Source: Fidelibacterota bacterium (GTDB lineage: Bacteria; Fidelibacterota; Marinisomatia; Marinisomatales; UBA2128). Taken from it: a stretch of 56,116 nt of DNA. How positions within the stretch are numbered: the stretch's first letter is position 1; each line of letters begins with the position of its first letter. The notes below the pieces were generated by a model that was given only the letters and a program-made list of their open reading frames with translations, had not been told where the DNA came from and made no database searches. Below, piece after piece: positions 27,289-35,979 of this stretch. Position numbers and translations under genes: made by a program. The stretch lies in assembly GCA_046861645.1 (NCBI GenBank), contig JBHHUM010000005.1, positions 1 through 56,116 on the forward strand, given 5' to 3'.

Positions 27289-27471
27289 TTATTTGAACTT
27301 TTTATACACCTGGATATGTTTACCCAACATGACTAAATGTAATATTTGTTCATCAACCTTAAAAATGAGCAACCAATCATTTTTTATATGAAAAGATTTA
27401 AAATCCTTCAAGTCTCCATTTAATGGATGTCTTTTATATTTTTTGTCTATTACTTCCTGACCTAGATTCAA
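27289..27471 (-). pseudogene. 5'-truncated YafQ/RelE-family mRNA interferase toxin remnant
   Basis: YKRHPLNGDLKDFKSFHIKNDWLLIFKV...LVMLGKH matches the C-terminal two-thirds of YafQ-type toxins; no N-terminal helix, RBS or antitoxin; AT-rich. Confidence 0.65.
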
Positions 27472-27523
27472 GTAGTAAATGTTCTGAGATGAATCAGATA
27501 ATAGCAGGAAGAGAATATTCTCC

Positions 27524-28231
27524 TCAGAGACTTATTCCCAGCAGCATTCTTATCTGAACATGGGGTTTACCTTCAGGGACTTCACCCAGAGAAAAGGCCG
27601 ACCCCAAGGTTACCCAAAATCTTTCGGTACCGTGGGCAAGTACCGGTCCCAGATAGTGAACATCTGCACTCCCTTTAGCTTCCAAGCCTACATCCAGTAA
27701 ATCTCCTAACTGATATCCAAGTCCCACGGCATATTCTGGCTCCAGTTCCCATTCATCATGCTCCCGCTTCATCTCAAGAACAGGATTGAGGGCAATGTTA
27801 AATCCTCCCAAATCTCGGGCAAGAATAAGCTTGAATTCCAGGGTAGGCTCGGAGATTCGGGGTTTGCCCAGGTACTCCACATAAGCTATTGGATCAAAAA
27901 GGTATTTCCCTTTTTCTCCAAAACGGTAACGTGCCCTGAGTTTAAAACCGATATATCGTAACGCATCGTCAGGTTGTTGTTCCAAAACATGATAAATTCC
28001 CATATCGAATCGGTCGTTCATGCCTACTTCCAGCTCCAGTTGGTGTTCAATTGATGCTATTTCACTGGAATCATCAGGTAAGATCAGTGTAAAATAGCTT
28101 TCTAATTCTGCCTCGCCGGCTGGCATGGTTTGATATTCATATGTCCAGACAAATAATCGTTGGTCTGCCTGACCTAGAGATAAAATACCAAGAATTATTA
28201 GTTCTGATAGTAACATCCATCTTTTTCCCAT
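27524..28231 (-). CDS. Small putative outer-membrane beta-barrel protein
   Basis: AGGA RBS, signal peptide, FVWTYEYQTMPAGEAELE, amphipathic strands, terminal IRMLLGISL. Confidence 0.7.
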   Translation of the reverse strand: MGKRWMLLSELIILGILSLGQADQRLFVWTYEYQTMPAGEAELESYFTLILPDDSSEIASIEHQLELEVGMNDRFDMGIYHVLEQQPDDALRYIGFKLRARYRFGEKGKYLFDPIAYVEYLGKPRISEPTLEFKLILARDLGGFNIALNPVLEMKREHDEWELEPEYAVGLGYQLGDLLDVGLEAKGSADVHYLGPVLAHGTERFWVTLGSAFSLGEVPEGKPHVQIRMLLGISL

Positions 28232-28282
28232 TTCCTATATCTCCTGTTTTAAGAAGTTCAGTCAAAAAGAATATCTTTATAT

Positions 28283-28303
28283 TATTGAGACTCAATCTCA
28301 TTA
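28283..28303. promoter_or_regulatory. Fur-box-like 7-1-7 inverted repeat
   Basis: TAT-TGAGACT-C-AATCTCA-TTA, close to TGA(G/T)AATnATT(C/A)TCA, ~52 nt upstream of ATG 28231. Confidence 0.55.
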
Positions 28304-28373
28304 GTATTTTAGTTATTATATAGTTAAAAGCAAAGTTATTTATCATTCAACTGACATCGTGCCCCGATTACCC

Positions 28374-28429
28374 TTGCACTGAAATGTAATTAAATCGTAA
28401 ACTCCTCTAAACTGACTGGTCGGTTTAGA
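28374..28429 (+). promoter_or_regulatory. Candidate promoter plus TetR-type operator of the fatty-acid degradation operon
   Basis: TTGCAC-N18-TAAACT followed by the 24-bp imperfect palindrome TCTAAACTGACTGGTCGGTTTAGA (28406-28429), just before the TetR ATG. Confidence 0.65.
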
Positions 28430-28435
28430 ACTATT

Positions 28436-29053
28436 ATGACAGAAATATCAAAAGAAGAAGCTCGCAAAAACCAGATACTGGACGCCGCTTTAGAGGTGGT
28501 CGTCAAAAAGGGTTATGCCGATTGTCGAATGGATGACATCGTAAAAGTCTCAGGTTTGAGTAAGGGTACCATCTACTGGTATTACAAGTCTAAAAAGGAG
28601 GTTTTCCTCTCTCTCATCAATCATTGGGTAAGCAAATTCGGTGTAACCCTGAACCATATCGTTCAGGAGGACCTTTCAGCTTCAGACCAACTTCGTCAGC
28701 TGTTCTCTTTTTTTCTGGATATCTCTGAGAAAAACCCTGAAGTATTAAATGCCGAATTAGAGTTTTGGGCTCTCGCCAGTCGAGATCAGGATTTCCTTAA
28801 TAAAACTCAAAAGATTTATCACGAACTGATGGAGTTTATTGAAGCAATTGTAGCTAACGGAGTAGAAACCGGAGAATTTAAAAATTTAGACGTTAAGGTT
28901 GCGGCGCTATCGATTATGGTAAATGTTGAAGGCATCATCTGGTTCACATTTTTTGATGTAGATGGTATTCAAACCAGCCATTATATCGAAACTATCACCG
29001 ATTTTATTCTCGCAGGACTGACCAGAAAACCAAGAGGAAAAATCAATGAATAA
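28436..29053 (+). CDS. TetR/AcrR family transcriptional regulator
   Basis: RKNQILDAALEVVVKKGY..MDDIVKVSGLSKGTIYWYYKSKKEV helix-turn-helix. Confidence 0.95.
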   Translation: MTEISKEEARKNQILDAALEVVVKKGYADCRMDDIVKVSGLSKGTIYWYYKSKKEVFLSLINHWVSKFGVTLNHIVQEDLSASDQLRQLFSFFLDISEKNPEVLNAELEFWALASRDQDFLNKTQKIYHELMEFIEAIVANGVETGEFKNLDVKVAALSIMVNVEGIIWFTFFDVDGIQTSHYIETITDFILAGLTRKPRGKINE

Positions 29054-30833
29054 GGTGACATCAAATGCCCCCACCGGTGGAACCTTTTTACTGAATCGTG
29101 TAACCACTCAGCCTATTTTCACCCGGGAGCAATTCAGCGAAGAGCACCGAGAAATCGAAAATCTGACTAAAGAGTTTTGCCTCAAGGAGATACTTCCAAA
29201 AGTTCTGGAGATTGAAAAACATGATCAAGAGTTGTCTCATAACCTCATTAAAGAGATGGGTGAACTGGGACTTCTTTCCATAGATATTCCAGAAAAGTAT
29301 GGTGGTCTGGAGATGGATAAAATTACAGGCATCGTAGTTGCCGAAGCTATGAGATATGGCGGATCGAGTTCTTTCACTACCACCTACTCCGTACAGACAG
29401 GAATAGGTATGCTACCCATTGTCTGGTTTGGTACAGATTCCCAAAAGGAGAATTACTTACCTAAACTCTCCAGCGGAGAGTGGATAGGTGCCTATGCTCT
29501 CACTGAGCCAGGGGCTGGATCTGATGCTTTATCCGGTAAGACGACTGCTATTAAAAGTGATGATGGGAAGTACTATATACTTAATGGTGAAAAACAGTTC
29601 ATCTCGAATGGTGAATGGGCGCAAGTCTTTACTGTTTTTGCCCAAGTGGATGGTACCAGGTTTTCTGCATTCATCGTAGAGCCCAATACTCCCGGATTTG
29701 AGATTGGAGCTGAGGAGCATAAGTTAGGTGTAAAGGGAAGTTCCACAGTATCTTTGAAGTTTAACGAGGTTAAAATCCCAGCCGAAAATCTCTTAGGTGA
29801 GGTTGGTAGTGGGGCCACCATTGCTTTCAATGCTTTAAACGCCGGCCGATTGAAACTAGGCGCTTCAGCACTAGGCGGAAGTAAGGGAATCATTGAAAAG
29901 GCTACGGAATATGCGCTACAGCGACGGCAATTTGGCCAGTCGATTGCCTATTTCGACATTATCCGCAAATATATCGCCGATATGACCGTCAGGACCTACG
30001 CCCTGGATAGCATTGTTTACCGCACAATTGGCGATATAGATGCCTCTATTGCTGAATTGGATCACGATAATAGCAATTTCTATCTGATGATGGGGGAAGC
30101 AATGGAACGTTTTGCCATTGAATCCTCCATGGTCAAAGTTTATGGCAGTGAAACGTTAGGTTTCTGTGCTGATCTCGGCATTCAGATACTGGGCGGCTAC
30201 GGTTTCATCGAAGAATACCCCATGGCTCGAATTTATCGCGATACTCGGATTGATCGCATCTGGGAAGGCAGTAATGAAATCAACCGCCAGATTATTACCG
30301 GTTACCTCATGAAAAAGACCTTATTAGAAGAAATTCCCTTGCGGGAAAAAATAAAATCTGTCCAAGAATTCTTAACTGTTGAAACTGCTGAAGTCAGCAA
30401 TCACCCTTTAGATTACCAGATAGCTGTGATCGAAAGTGGTAAATATCTAATGCTCTATGTTTTTGACGAAGCCTTAAAAGAGTTTGGACAAGACCTGAAA
30501 CACGAACAGCAACTGGGCGAACTGCTGGCTAACGCCTTCATGGACCTCTATCTGGCTGACAGTACAGTGGCACGAGTCGTGCAGATAGGAAAAATGGAGA
30601 GCTATGATCCTATTCTGGTCGCAATCGCGCGGACCTTTACAGCAGAAATGGCATTACGGTTATTAAATGGAGCTCTCACCGGATTGAATGACATTTATCA
30701 TGGTCATCTCCCTGAAGCCGTTATTGATTCGTTACGGAAGTTTCAGGTAAGATTGCTCCCCAGTACAGATGTGACAGCTATGAAGCGACGAATCGCCAAC
30801 TACATATACTATCGAAAAACATACCCATATTAG
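29046..30833 (+). CDS. fadE: Acyl-CoA dehydrogenase (long form with C-terminal extension)
   Basis: AYALTEPGAGSDA, LNGEKQFISN, EHKLGVKGSST, ALNAGRLKLG, RRQFG, QILGGYGFIEEYP, RIWEGSNEINR. Confidence 0.92.
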   Translation: MNKVTSNAPTGGTFLLNRVTTQPIFTREQFSEEHREIENLTKEFCLKEILPKVLEIEKHDQELSHNLIKEMGELGLLSIDIPEKYGGLEMDKITGIVVAEAMRYGGSSSFTTTYSVQTGIGMLPIVWFGTDSQKENYLPKLSSGEWIGAYALTEPGAGSDALSGKTTAIKSDDGKYYILNGEKQFISNGEWAQVFTVFAQVDGTRFSAFIVEPNTPGFEIGAEEHKLGVKGSSTVSLKFNEVKIPAENLLGEVGSGATIAFNALNAGRLKLGASALGGSKGIIEKATEYALQRRQFGQSIAYFDIIRKYIADMTVRTYALDSIVYRTIGDIDASIAELDHDNSNFYLMMGEAMERFAIESSMVKVYGSETLGFCADLGIQILGGYGFIEEYPMARIYRDTRIDRIWEGSNEINRQIITGYLMKKTLLEEIPLREKIKSVQEFLTVETAEVSNHPLDYQIAVIESGKYLMLYVFDEALKEFGQDLKHEQQLGELLANAFMDLYLADSTVARVVQIGKMESYDPILVAIARTFTAEMALRLLNGALTGLNDIYHGHLPEAVIDSLRKFQVRLLPSTDVTAMKRRIANYIYYRKTYPY

Positions 30834-30841
30834 GAGGAAAA

Positions 30842-30976
30842 ATGAACCTGTTGAAGAAAAACAAAAGCAAAAATAGAACACAATCAAGAAAAGACAAACC
30901 TGTTGTTTTGCTTGATTTTGATATTGATCAATTCCTACTCAATAGAGAAATACGTCAACATAAAAACAAGAGTTAG
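30842..30976 (+). CDS. Small basic 44-aa protein (MNLLKKNKSKNRTQSRKDKPVVLLDFDIDQFLLNREIRQHKNKS)
   Basis: AGGAGG RBS overlapping the fadE stop; ORF fills the gap and stops 2 nt before the thiolase ATG; below the ORF-track cutoff. Confidence 0.6.
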   Translation: MNLLKKNKSKNRTQSRKDKPVVLLDFDIDQFLLNREIRQHKNKS

Positions 30977-30978
30977 CT

Positions 30979-32142
30979 ATGCCCAGAGCTGTCATAATTG
31001 ATGCGGTTCGCTCTCCGATTGGAGTAAAACGAGGGCAGATGCCGAACCATATTCGAAGCGATGATTTAACCGCTCAGGTCATCAGAGCACTTTTAGATCG
31101 AAACCCAAATTTCTCACCAACATTTGTAGAAGACGTGGTACTGGGGTGTGCTTTCCCAGAGGGACCACAAGGGATGCTCATGGCTCGAGCTGTGGCGATC
31201 CTCGCCGGAATCCCCAAGGAAGCAGGTGGAAAGGTAGTCAACCGGTTTTGTGGTTCATCTATGGATGCTTTGCACCAGCTTAGTCAGGCTATTATAGCTG
31301 GTGACATTGAAGCAGGCATCGCCGCTGGAGCTGAAGATATGTTCGGCGTCCCTATGGGTGGTTTCGTCCCCGACTTCCATCCGGAATTAGCAGATAGGGA
31401 TTTCTACATTGGTATGGGAGAGACCGCAGAAAATCTCGCCCAAGCGGGTAATATCTCCCGAGAAGATCAGGACAGCTTCGCCATCGCTTCTCACCAAAAG
31501 GCTTTGTCAGCCTGGGATAGTGGTAAGTTTGACAACGAAATAGTACCTGTCACCCTTGATGACGGAACTATTATCTCCAAAGACGAAGGTCCCCTGGAAC
31601 CAAACGAAGAGAAAATTCGATCTCTTAAACCTGCCTTTTTGGAAGACGGAACGGTGACAGCAGCTTCCAGTTCACCCCTCTCGGTAGGAGCTGTGGCCGC
31701 CATTATCTGCAGCGAAGAATTCGCCAGAGTACACAACTTAACCATTAGAGCAGAAATCATCTCCCGGGCTATTGCTGGAGTTGAGTGGGAAGAGATGGGT
31801 AAGGGACCCATTCCAGCCACTAAAAAAGCACTGGAAAAAGCTGGGATTACTTTCGATGATATTGATGCAATCGAACTCAATGAAGCCTTTGCTGCACAAT
31901 CACTGTATGTTATCCGGGAAGGAAATTTTCCCGCTAAAAAAGTCAATTTCAATGGTGGCGCCGTTGCCCTGGGACATCCCTTAGGTTGCTCTGGTCTGCG
32001 AATCATCACTACCCTCTTGAATGTCCTGGAGCAGAAAAATGGCAAGTTGGGATTAGCCACCATGTGCATCGGAACTGGACAGGGTATAGCTACGGTTATT
32101 AAAAGAAGAAAAAGTAGTGAAATGGAACGGGGTGAACGGTAA
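30979..32142 (+). CDS. fadA: Acetyl-CoA acyltransferase (thiolase)
   Basis: VNRFCGSS (catalytic Cys), ELNEAFAAQ, NGGAVALGHPLGCSG, TMCIGTGQG. Confidence 0.93.
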   Translation: MPRAVIIDAVRSPIGVKRGQMPNHIRSDDLTAQVIRALLDRNPNFSPTFVEDVVLGCAFPEGPQGMLMARAVAILAGIPKEAGGKVVNRFCGSSMDALHQLSQAIIAGDIEAGIAAGAEDMFGVPMGGFVPDFHPELADRDFYIGMGETAENLAQAGNISREDQDSFAIASHQKALSAWDSGKFDNEIVPVTLDDGTIISKDEGPLEPNEEKIRSLKPAFLEDGTVTAASSSPLSVGAVAAIICSEEFARVHNLTIRAEIISRAIAGVEWEEMGKGPIPATKKALEKAGITFDDIDAIELNEAFAAQSLYVIREGNFPAKKVNFNGGAVALGHPLGCSGLRIITTLLNVLEQKNGKLGLATMCIGTGQGIATVIKRRKSSEMERGER

Positions 32143-32243
32143 CTGTGAGTTGTGAAGAATAATTCAAACTTGGACTTGATGTACGGTACCTTGCTTCGCT
32201 CTTGAGGTGAGTAGTAATAAGTAAGAAGGGAAAAGGAAGATTG

Positions 32244-34583
32244 ATGTACAAAGCAATAAATAAGGTAGCTGTTTTAGGTGCTGGGACAATGGGCGCTCAG
32301 ATTGCTGGTCATTGTGCTAACGCTGGTATCCCTGCTCTAATGTACGACCTTAACGATGAGCTTGTACAAAATGGGCTAAACGTACTCACTTCCCTAAAGC
32401 CTGCCCCACTCTATGACAAGAAGAATGTAACGCTTGTCGAAGGATGTACCTATGATAGAGATCTGGAAAAACTAGCTGAGGCGGATTGGATCGTGGAAGC
32501 CGTAGCAGAAAATATGGAGATCAAACATAAAGTCTTCCAGAATATAACTCCCCATGTTAAAGACAAGGTCATCTTGAGCACAAACACTTCTGGGCTCTCT
32601 GTTCATGGGATCGCCGAAGCATTGCCGGAAAACCTGCGAAAACGATTTTTACTCACTCACTTTTTCAATCCTCCCCGTTACCTGCGTCTGGTGGAGATTG
32701 TTACTGATCTGGCAGAAGATAACGTAATTAAGACTATGGTTACTTTCCTGGAGGATGTTCTAGGTAAGGGTCTGGTTTATGCCAAGGATACACCCAATTT
32801 CATTGCCAATAGAATCGGTGTTTATGGGTTGATGGCTGCGCTGAAACTTACTGAGGAGATGGCTCTTACTGTGGAAGAGGTTGACAAACTGACCGGTACG
32901 ATTGTTGGGAGACCCAAGAGCGCTACTTTTCGCACGGCGGATGTAGTTGGATTGGATATCCTCAGTCACGTAGCTAACACCTCCTTTGAACTTGGTAAAG
33001 AGGACGAAGAGCGTGAGATGTTCAAGATTCCTGATGTTTTGGCAAAGCTGGTGCAGGATGGTCGTCTGGGACAGAAAACGAAAGCAGGGTTTTATCAAAA
33101 GACCGACGAAGGAATCCTGACACTGGATTTTAATACAATGGATTACGTACCCCAGAAACGGATTCGCTTCGATGGGTTCCGATTGGCTAAGGAACAGTCC
33201 CTTCTATCGGGTAAAATAAAAGCGCTGGCATGGAGTGACGACAAAGCAGGAAAGTTCTTCTGGGAACTCCTTTCCCGAACACTCATCTACTCCGCCAACC
33301 GGATACCTGAGATATCTGATGATATCATCAATGTGGACAACGCTATGAAATGGGGTTTTGGATGGGACATCGGTCCCTTCGAAACCTGGGATGTTATCGG
33401 TGTAGAAGAGTCTATGCACCGCATGAAGGAGGAAGGAAAATCTGTACCATCCTGGGTAGCAGAAATGATCGCCTCAGGACGTAATTCCTTTTACGCGATT
33501 GACCAGGGAGTAAAAACTTTTTACAGCATTGTTGACCTGGCTCCTGTTGAAGTTCCCCTGAATAATAAATCCATCAATCTCTCTTTGATTAAGTCAAAAG
33601 GCAATGTGGTCAAGAAAGATTGGAGTGCCTCGCTAATAGATTTAGGTGATGGTATTCTAAATGTAGAATTCCACTCTATCTTGCAACCAGTGATGAATCC
33701 TATTGACACCTCGGTCGCAGAGACGATTAATGACGGTCTAGATCTGGTGGAAGTTGGTAAATACAAGGCTCTGATCCTTAATCACAACGGTGCTAATTTT
33801 TGCGCCGGTGCCAACTTGAAGTTAATCCTGCAGTTCTGTGAAGACGCCCATTGGGATAAGCTTAATGGAATTATCAAGCTGCTTCAAAACCTCACCCAAC
33901 GCATGCGATTCATCAATGCCCCGGTAGTTGTTGCTCCCTTTGGTCTGGCTCTTGGAGGTGGTTATGAACTGATGGGTCCTGCTGACAAAAGAGTCGCTGC
34001 AGCTGAACTCTATTGTGGTTTGGTAGAAGTAGGAGTGGGGCTCATACCAGGTGCTGCGGGAAATCTCCGTATTATTCTTCACCTGACTGACGACGGTCCG
34101 AAGAAATTATCACCTTTCCAGATTTCGCAACAGGCCCTGGAGACGATTGGTTTTGCTAAAGTTGCCACTTCTGCCACCCATGCTAAAAAACTTCACTATC
34201 TCCGTCCGGATGACGAAATCGTGCTCAACAGAGAGCATCTTCTCCACCGGGCCAAGCAGGTTGCCCTGGAGATGATTGACAACTATCAACCCCCTTCCTA
34301 CCGGGACGATATTAAGCTTGCTGGAAAAGGGGGACGCACAGCGATGAAGGTAACTCTGAAGGGATTCAAACTGCAGGGAAAGATATCTGCTCATGATGAG
34401 TTTATCGCCAGGAAACTGGCCTATGTAGTTACCGGTGGAGATAAAGGGGGTCCCACCAAACCTGTTGATGAACAATATCTCCTCGACATCGAACGGGAGG
34501 TGTTTCTATCACTCTGCGGTGAAGAGAAGACACACGACCGTATCCGGTACATGTTGAAAAAAGGGAAACCGCTTAGGAATTAA
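32244..34583 (+). CDS. fadN: 3-hydroxyacyl-CoA dehydrogenase / enoyl-CoA hydratase fusion (FadN-type domain order)
   Basis: VAVLGAGTMGAQIA, IVEAVAE, STNTSG, HFFNPPRY, NFIANRIG; C-terminal crotonase NFCAGANL, ALGGGYE, GLVEVGVGLIP. Confidence 0.88.
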   Translation: MYKAINKVAVLGAGTMGAQIAGHCANAGIPALMYDLNDELVQNGLNVLTSLKPAPLYDKKNVTLVEGCTYDRDLEKLAEADWIVEAVAENMEIKHKVFQNITPHVKDKVILSTNTSGLSVHGIAEALPENLRKRFLLTHFFNPPRYLRLVEIVTDLAEDNVIKTMVTFLEDVLGKGLVYAKDTPNFIANRIGVYGLMAALKLTEEMALTVEEVDKLTGTIVGRPKSATFRTADVVGLDILSHVANTSFELGKEDEEREMFKIPDVLAKLVQDGRLGQKTKAGFYQKTDEGILTLDFNTMDYVPQKRIRFDGFRLAKEQSLLSGKIKALAWSDDKAGKFFWELLSRTLIYSANRIPEISDDIINVDNAMKWGFGWDIGPFETWDVIGVEESMHRMKEEGKSVPSWVAEMIASGRNSFYAIDQGVKTFYSIVDLAPVEVPLNNKSINLSLIKSKGNVVKKDWSASLIDLGDGILNVEFHSILQPVMNPIDTSVAETINDGLDLVEVGKYKALILNHNGANFCAGANLKLILQFCEDAHWDKLNGIIKLLQNLTQRMRFINAPVVVAPFGLALGGGYELMGPADKRVAAAELYCGLVEVGVGLIPGAAGNLRIILHLTDDGPKKLSPFQISQQALETIGFAKVATSATHAKKLHYLRPDDEIVLNREHLLHRAKQVALEMIDNYQPPSYRDDIKLAGKGGRTAMKVTLKGFKLQGKISAHDEFIARKLAYVVTGGDKGGPTKPVDEQYLLDIEREVFLSLCGEEKTHDRIRYMLKKGKPLRN

Positions 34584-34699
34584 TCTGGTAATTAGCAAGT
34601 GGTAAGCAGATCGGAATAGAAAATACTAAACTAGAAAATTATTTCAATTTAAGGGCTTTCACCCTGACCCTCCACTGATGGCTCCATCTGAAAGCCCAC

Positions 34700-34738
34700 A
34701 CCGCTCCAGCTTCATGCTGCTGGAGCGGTTTTCTTTTC
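34700..34738 (+). terminator. Intrinsic terminator downstream of the fad operon
   Basis: ACCGCTCCAGC-N8-GCTGGAGCGGT perfect 11-bp stem followed by TTTCTTTT. Confidence 0.85.
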
Positions 34739-34786
34739 AACACTCATTTGCATAGATTAAGTTTGTGATGATAATTTCAACTGAAT

Positions 34787-35257
34787 ATGAATAAAGAACA
34801 AATATATCATAAGATCAACAAAACCGTAAAGGCCTTATCGGGCAACGAAGGCAAGTATGAGCTGGATGAGACGGGCTGGATGGCTGTCATCAGTTGGGCA
34901 ATCAAACACTTCTTCCCTCATTTCATTTTTGTAGGTTTCTATCGTGTTACCCAGCCAGACCACCTAACTATCGGACCCTACCAGGGAGATGTTCTGGCCT
35001 GTGGAACCATACCGTTTGGTAAAGGTGTCTGCGGTACGGCAGCAGAATCAGGAGAAATAATTATTGTGGATGACGTAGGTCAGTTTCCCGGTTATATCTC
35101 CTGCGATGATAAGACAGTATCTGAGATTGTAATACCCATCAAGCGAAATGGCAAAGTAACGGCAGTCCTGGACATTGATGCTAAAGAAAAGGGGGTGTTT
35201 GATGAGGTTGATAAGAAAAATCTCCAGAATCTCTGTATTCAAGTCTTCATAAATTAA
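34787..35257 (+). CDS. msrC: GAF-domain protein, free methionine-R-sulfoxide reductase-like
   Basis: FVGFYRV, IGPYQGDVLAC, IPFGKGVCGTAA, VDDVGQFPGYISCD, SEIVIP, VLDID. Confidence 0.8.
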   Translation: MNKEQIYHKINKTVKALSGNEGKYELDETGWMAVISWAIKHFFPHFIFVGFYRVTQPDHLTIGPYQGDVLACGTIPFGKGVCGTAAESGEIIIVDDVGQFPGYISCDDKTVSEIVIPIKRNGKVTAVLDIDAKEKGVFDEVDKKNLQNLCIQVFIN

Positions 35258-35262
35258 TTTAC

Positions 35263-35973
35263 TCATATGGAAAACAACTCCCCCAACACTTCCCCAGCTT
35301 TCCCCCTAATCACCCGATCAAATAACCCGCTCTGATCCGAAGGTTCAGGATTGATTTCCACCAGTAGAGCACCTGCAGTTTTAGCCAGTTGTGGGTAACC
35401 AGCAGCGGGCCATACCACACCGGATGTGCCGATAGAGATGAACAGATTTGCCTTGGAAATACCTTCATCGGCTTGTCGTAAAGTGTCGGGATTTAGGTAA
35501 TCACTGAACCATATTACATCCGGTCGAAGCCAGGCACCGCAGTCACATTTACGTGAAGAGTACGGTCCGGGATTAGTGTCCTCACGAACAACTCCTTCCT
35601 GCTCACAGCGTACCCGCCAGATACTGCCGTGAAGTTCGATCACTTTTCGGGAGCCGGCCCGCTGATGCATACCGTCAATGTTTTGCGTGACCACAGATAC
35701 ATCCGGATGATTCTGTTCAAGCTGGGCAATCACCTCGTGCCCAGAGTGGGGATTACACTTCAGCGCTTCCTTCCGCCGCTCATCGTGGAAGTCGAACACT
35801 TTCTCTGGATTTCGCTCCCACGCCTCTTGACAGGCATAATCTTCCCACCGGTACTCATGCCAGATACCGCCTGAACCGCGATACGTCGGCACTCCCGATT
35901 CTGCTGACATTCCCGCTCCGGTGAAAAAGACAATACGATCGTAGTCGGTGTGGTCTATGGGTGTTATATTCAA
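35263..35973 (-). CDS. cobB: NAD-dependent protein deacylase (sirtuin, class III-like)
   Basis: FTGAGMSAESGVPTYRG, TQNIDGMHQRAG, ELHGS, LRPDVIWF, IGTSGVVWPAA, EINPE. Confidence 0.92.
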   Translation of the reverse strand: MNITPIDHTDYDRIVFFTGAGMSAESGVPTYRGSGGIWHEYRWEDYACQEAWERNPEKVFDFHDERRKEALKCNPHSGHEVIAQLEQNHPDVSVVTQNIDGMHQRAGSRKVIELHGSIWRVRCEQEGVVREDTNPGPYSSRKCDCGAWLRPDVIWFSDYLNPDTLRQADEGISKANLFISIGTSGVVWPAAGYPQLAKTAGALLVEINPEPSDQSGLFDRVIRGKAGEVLGELFSI

Positions 35974-35979
35974 AACTAT

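Noticed and set aside
31491..32069. 192-aa minus-strand ORF, and similar 60-170 aa ORFs opposite atp, fad, sec and amidohydrolase genes
   Set aside because: Antisense or alternate-frame shadows of well-supported genes.
34674..34690. CTGATGGCTCC resembles the 3' part of a fluoride riboswitch
   Set aside because: The 5' GGCGATGGAGTTCGCC-like element is missing and no fluoride-related gene follows.
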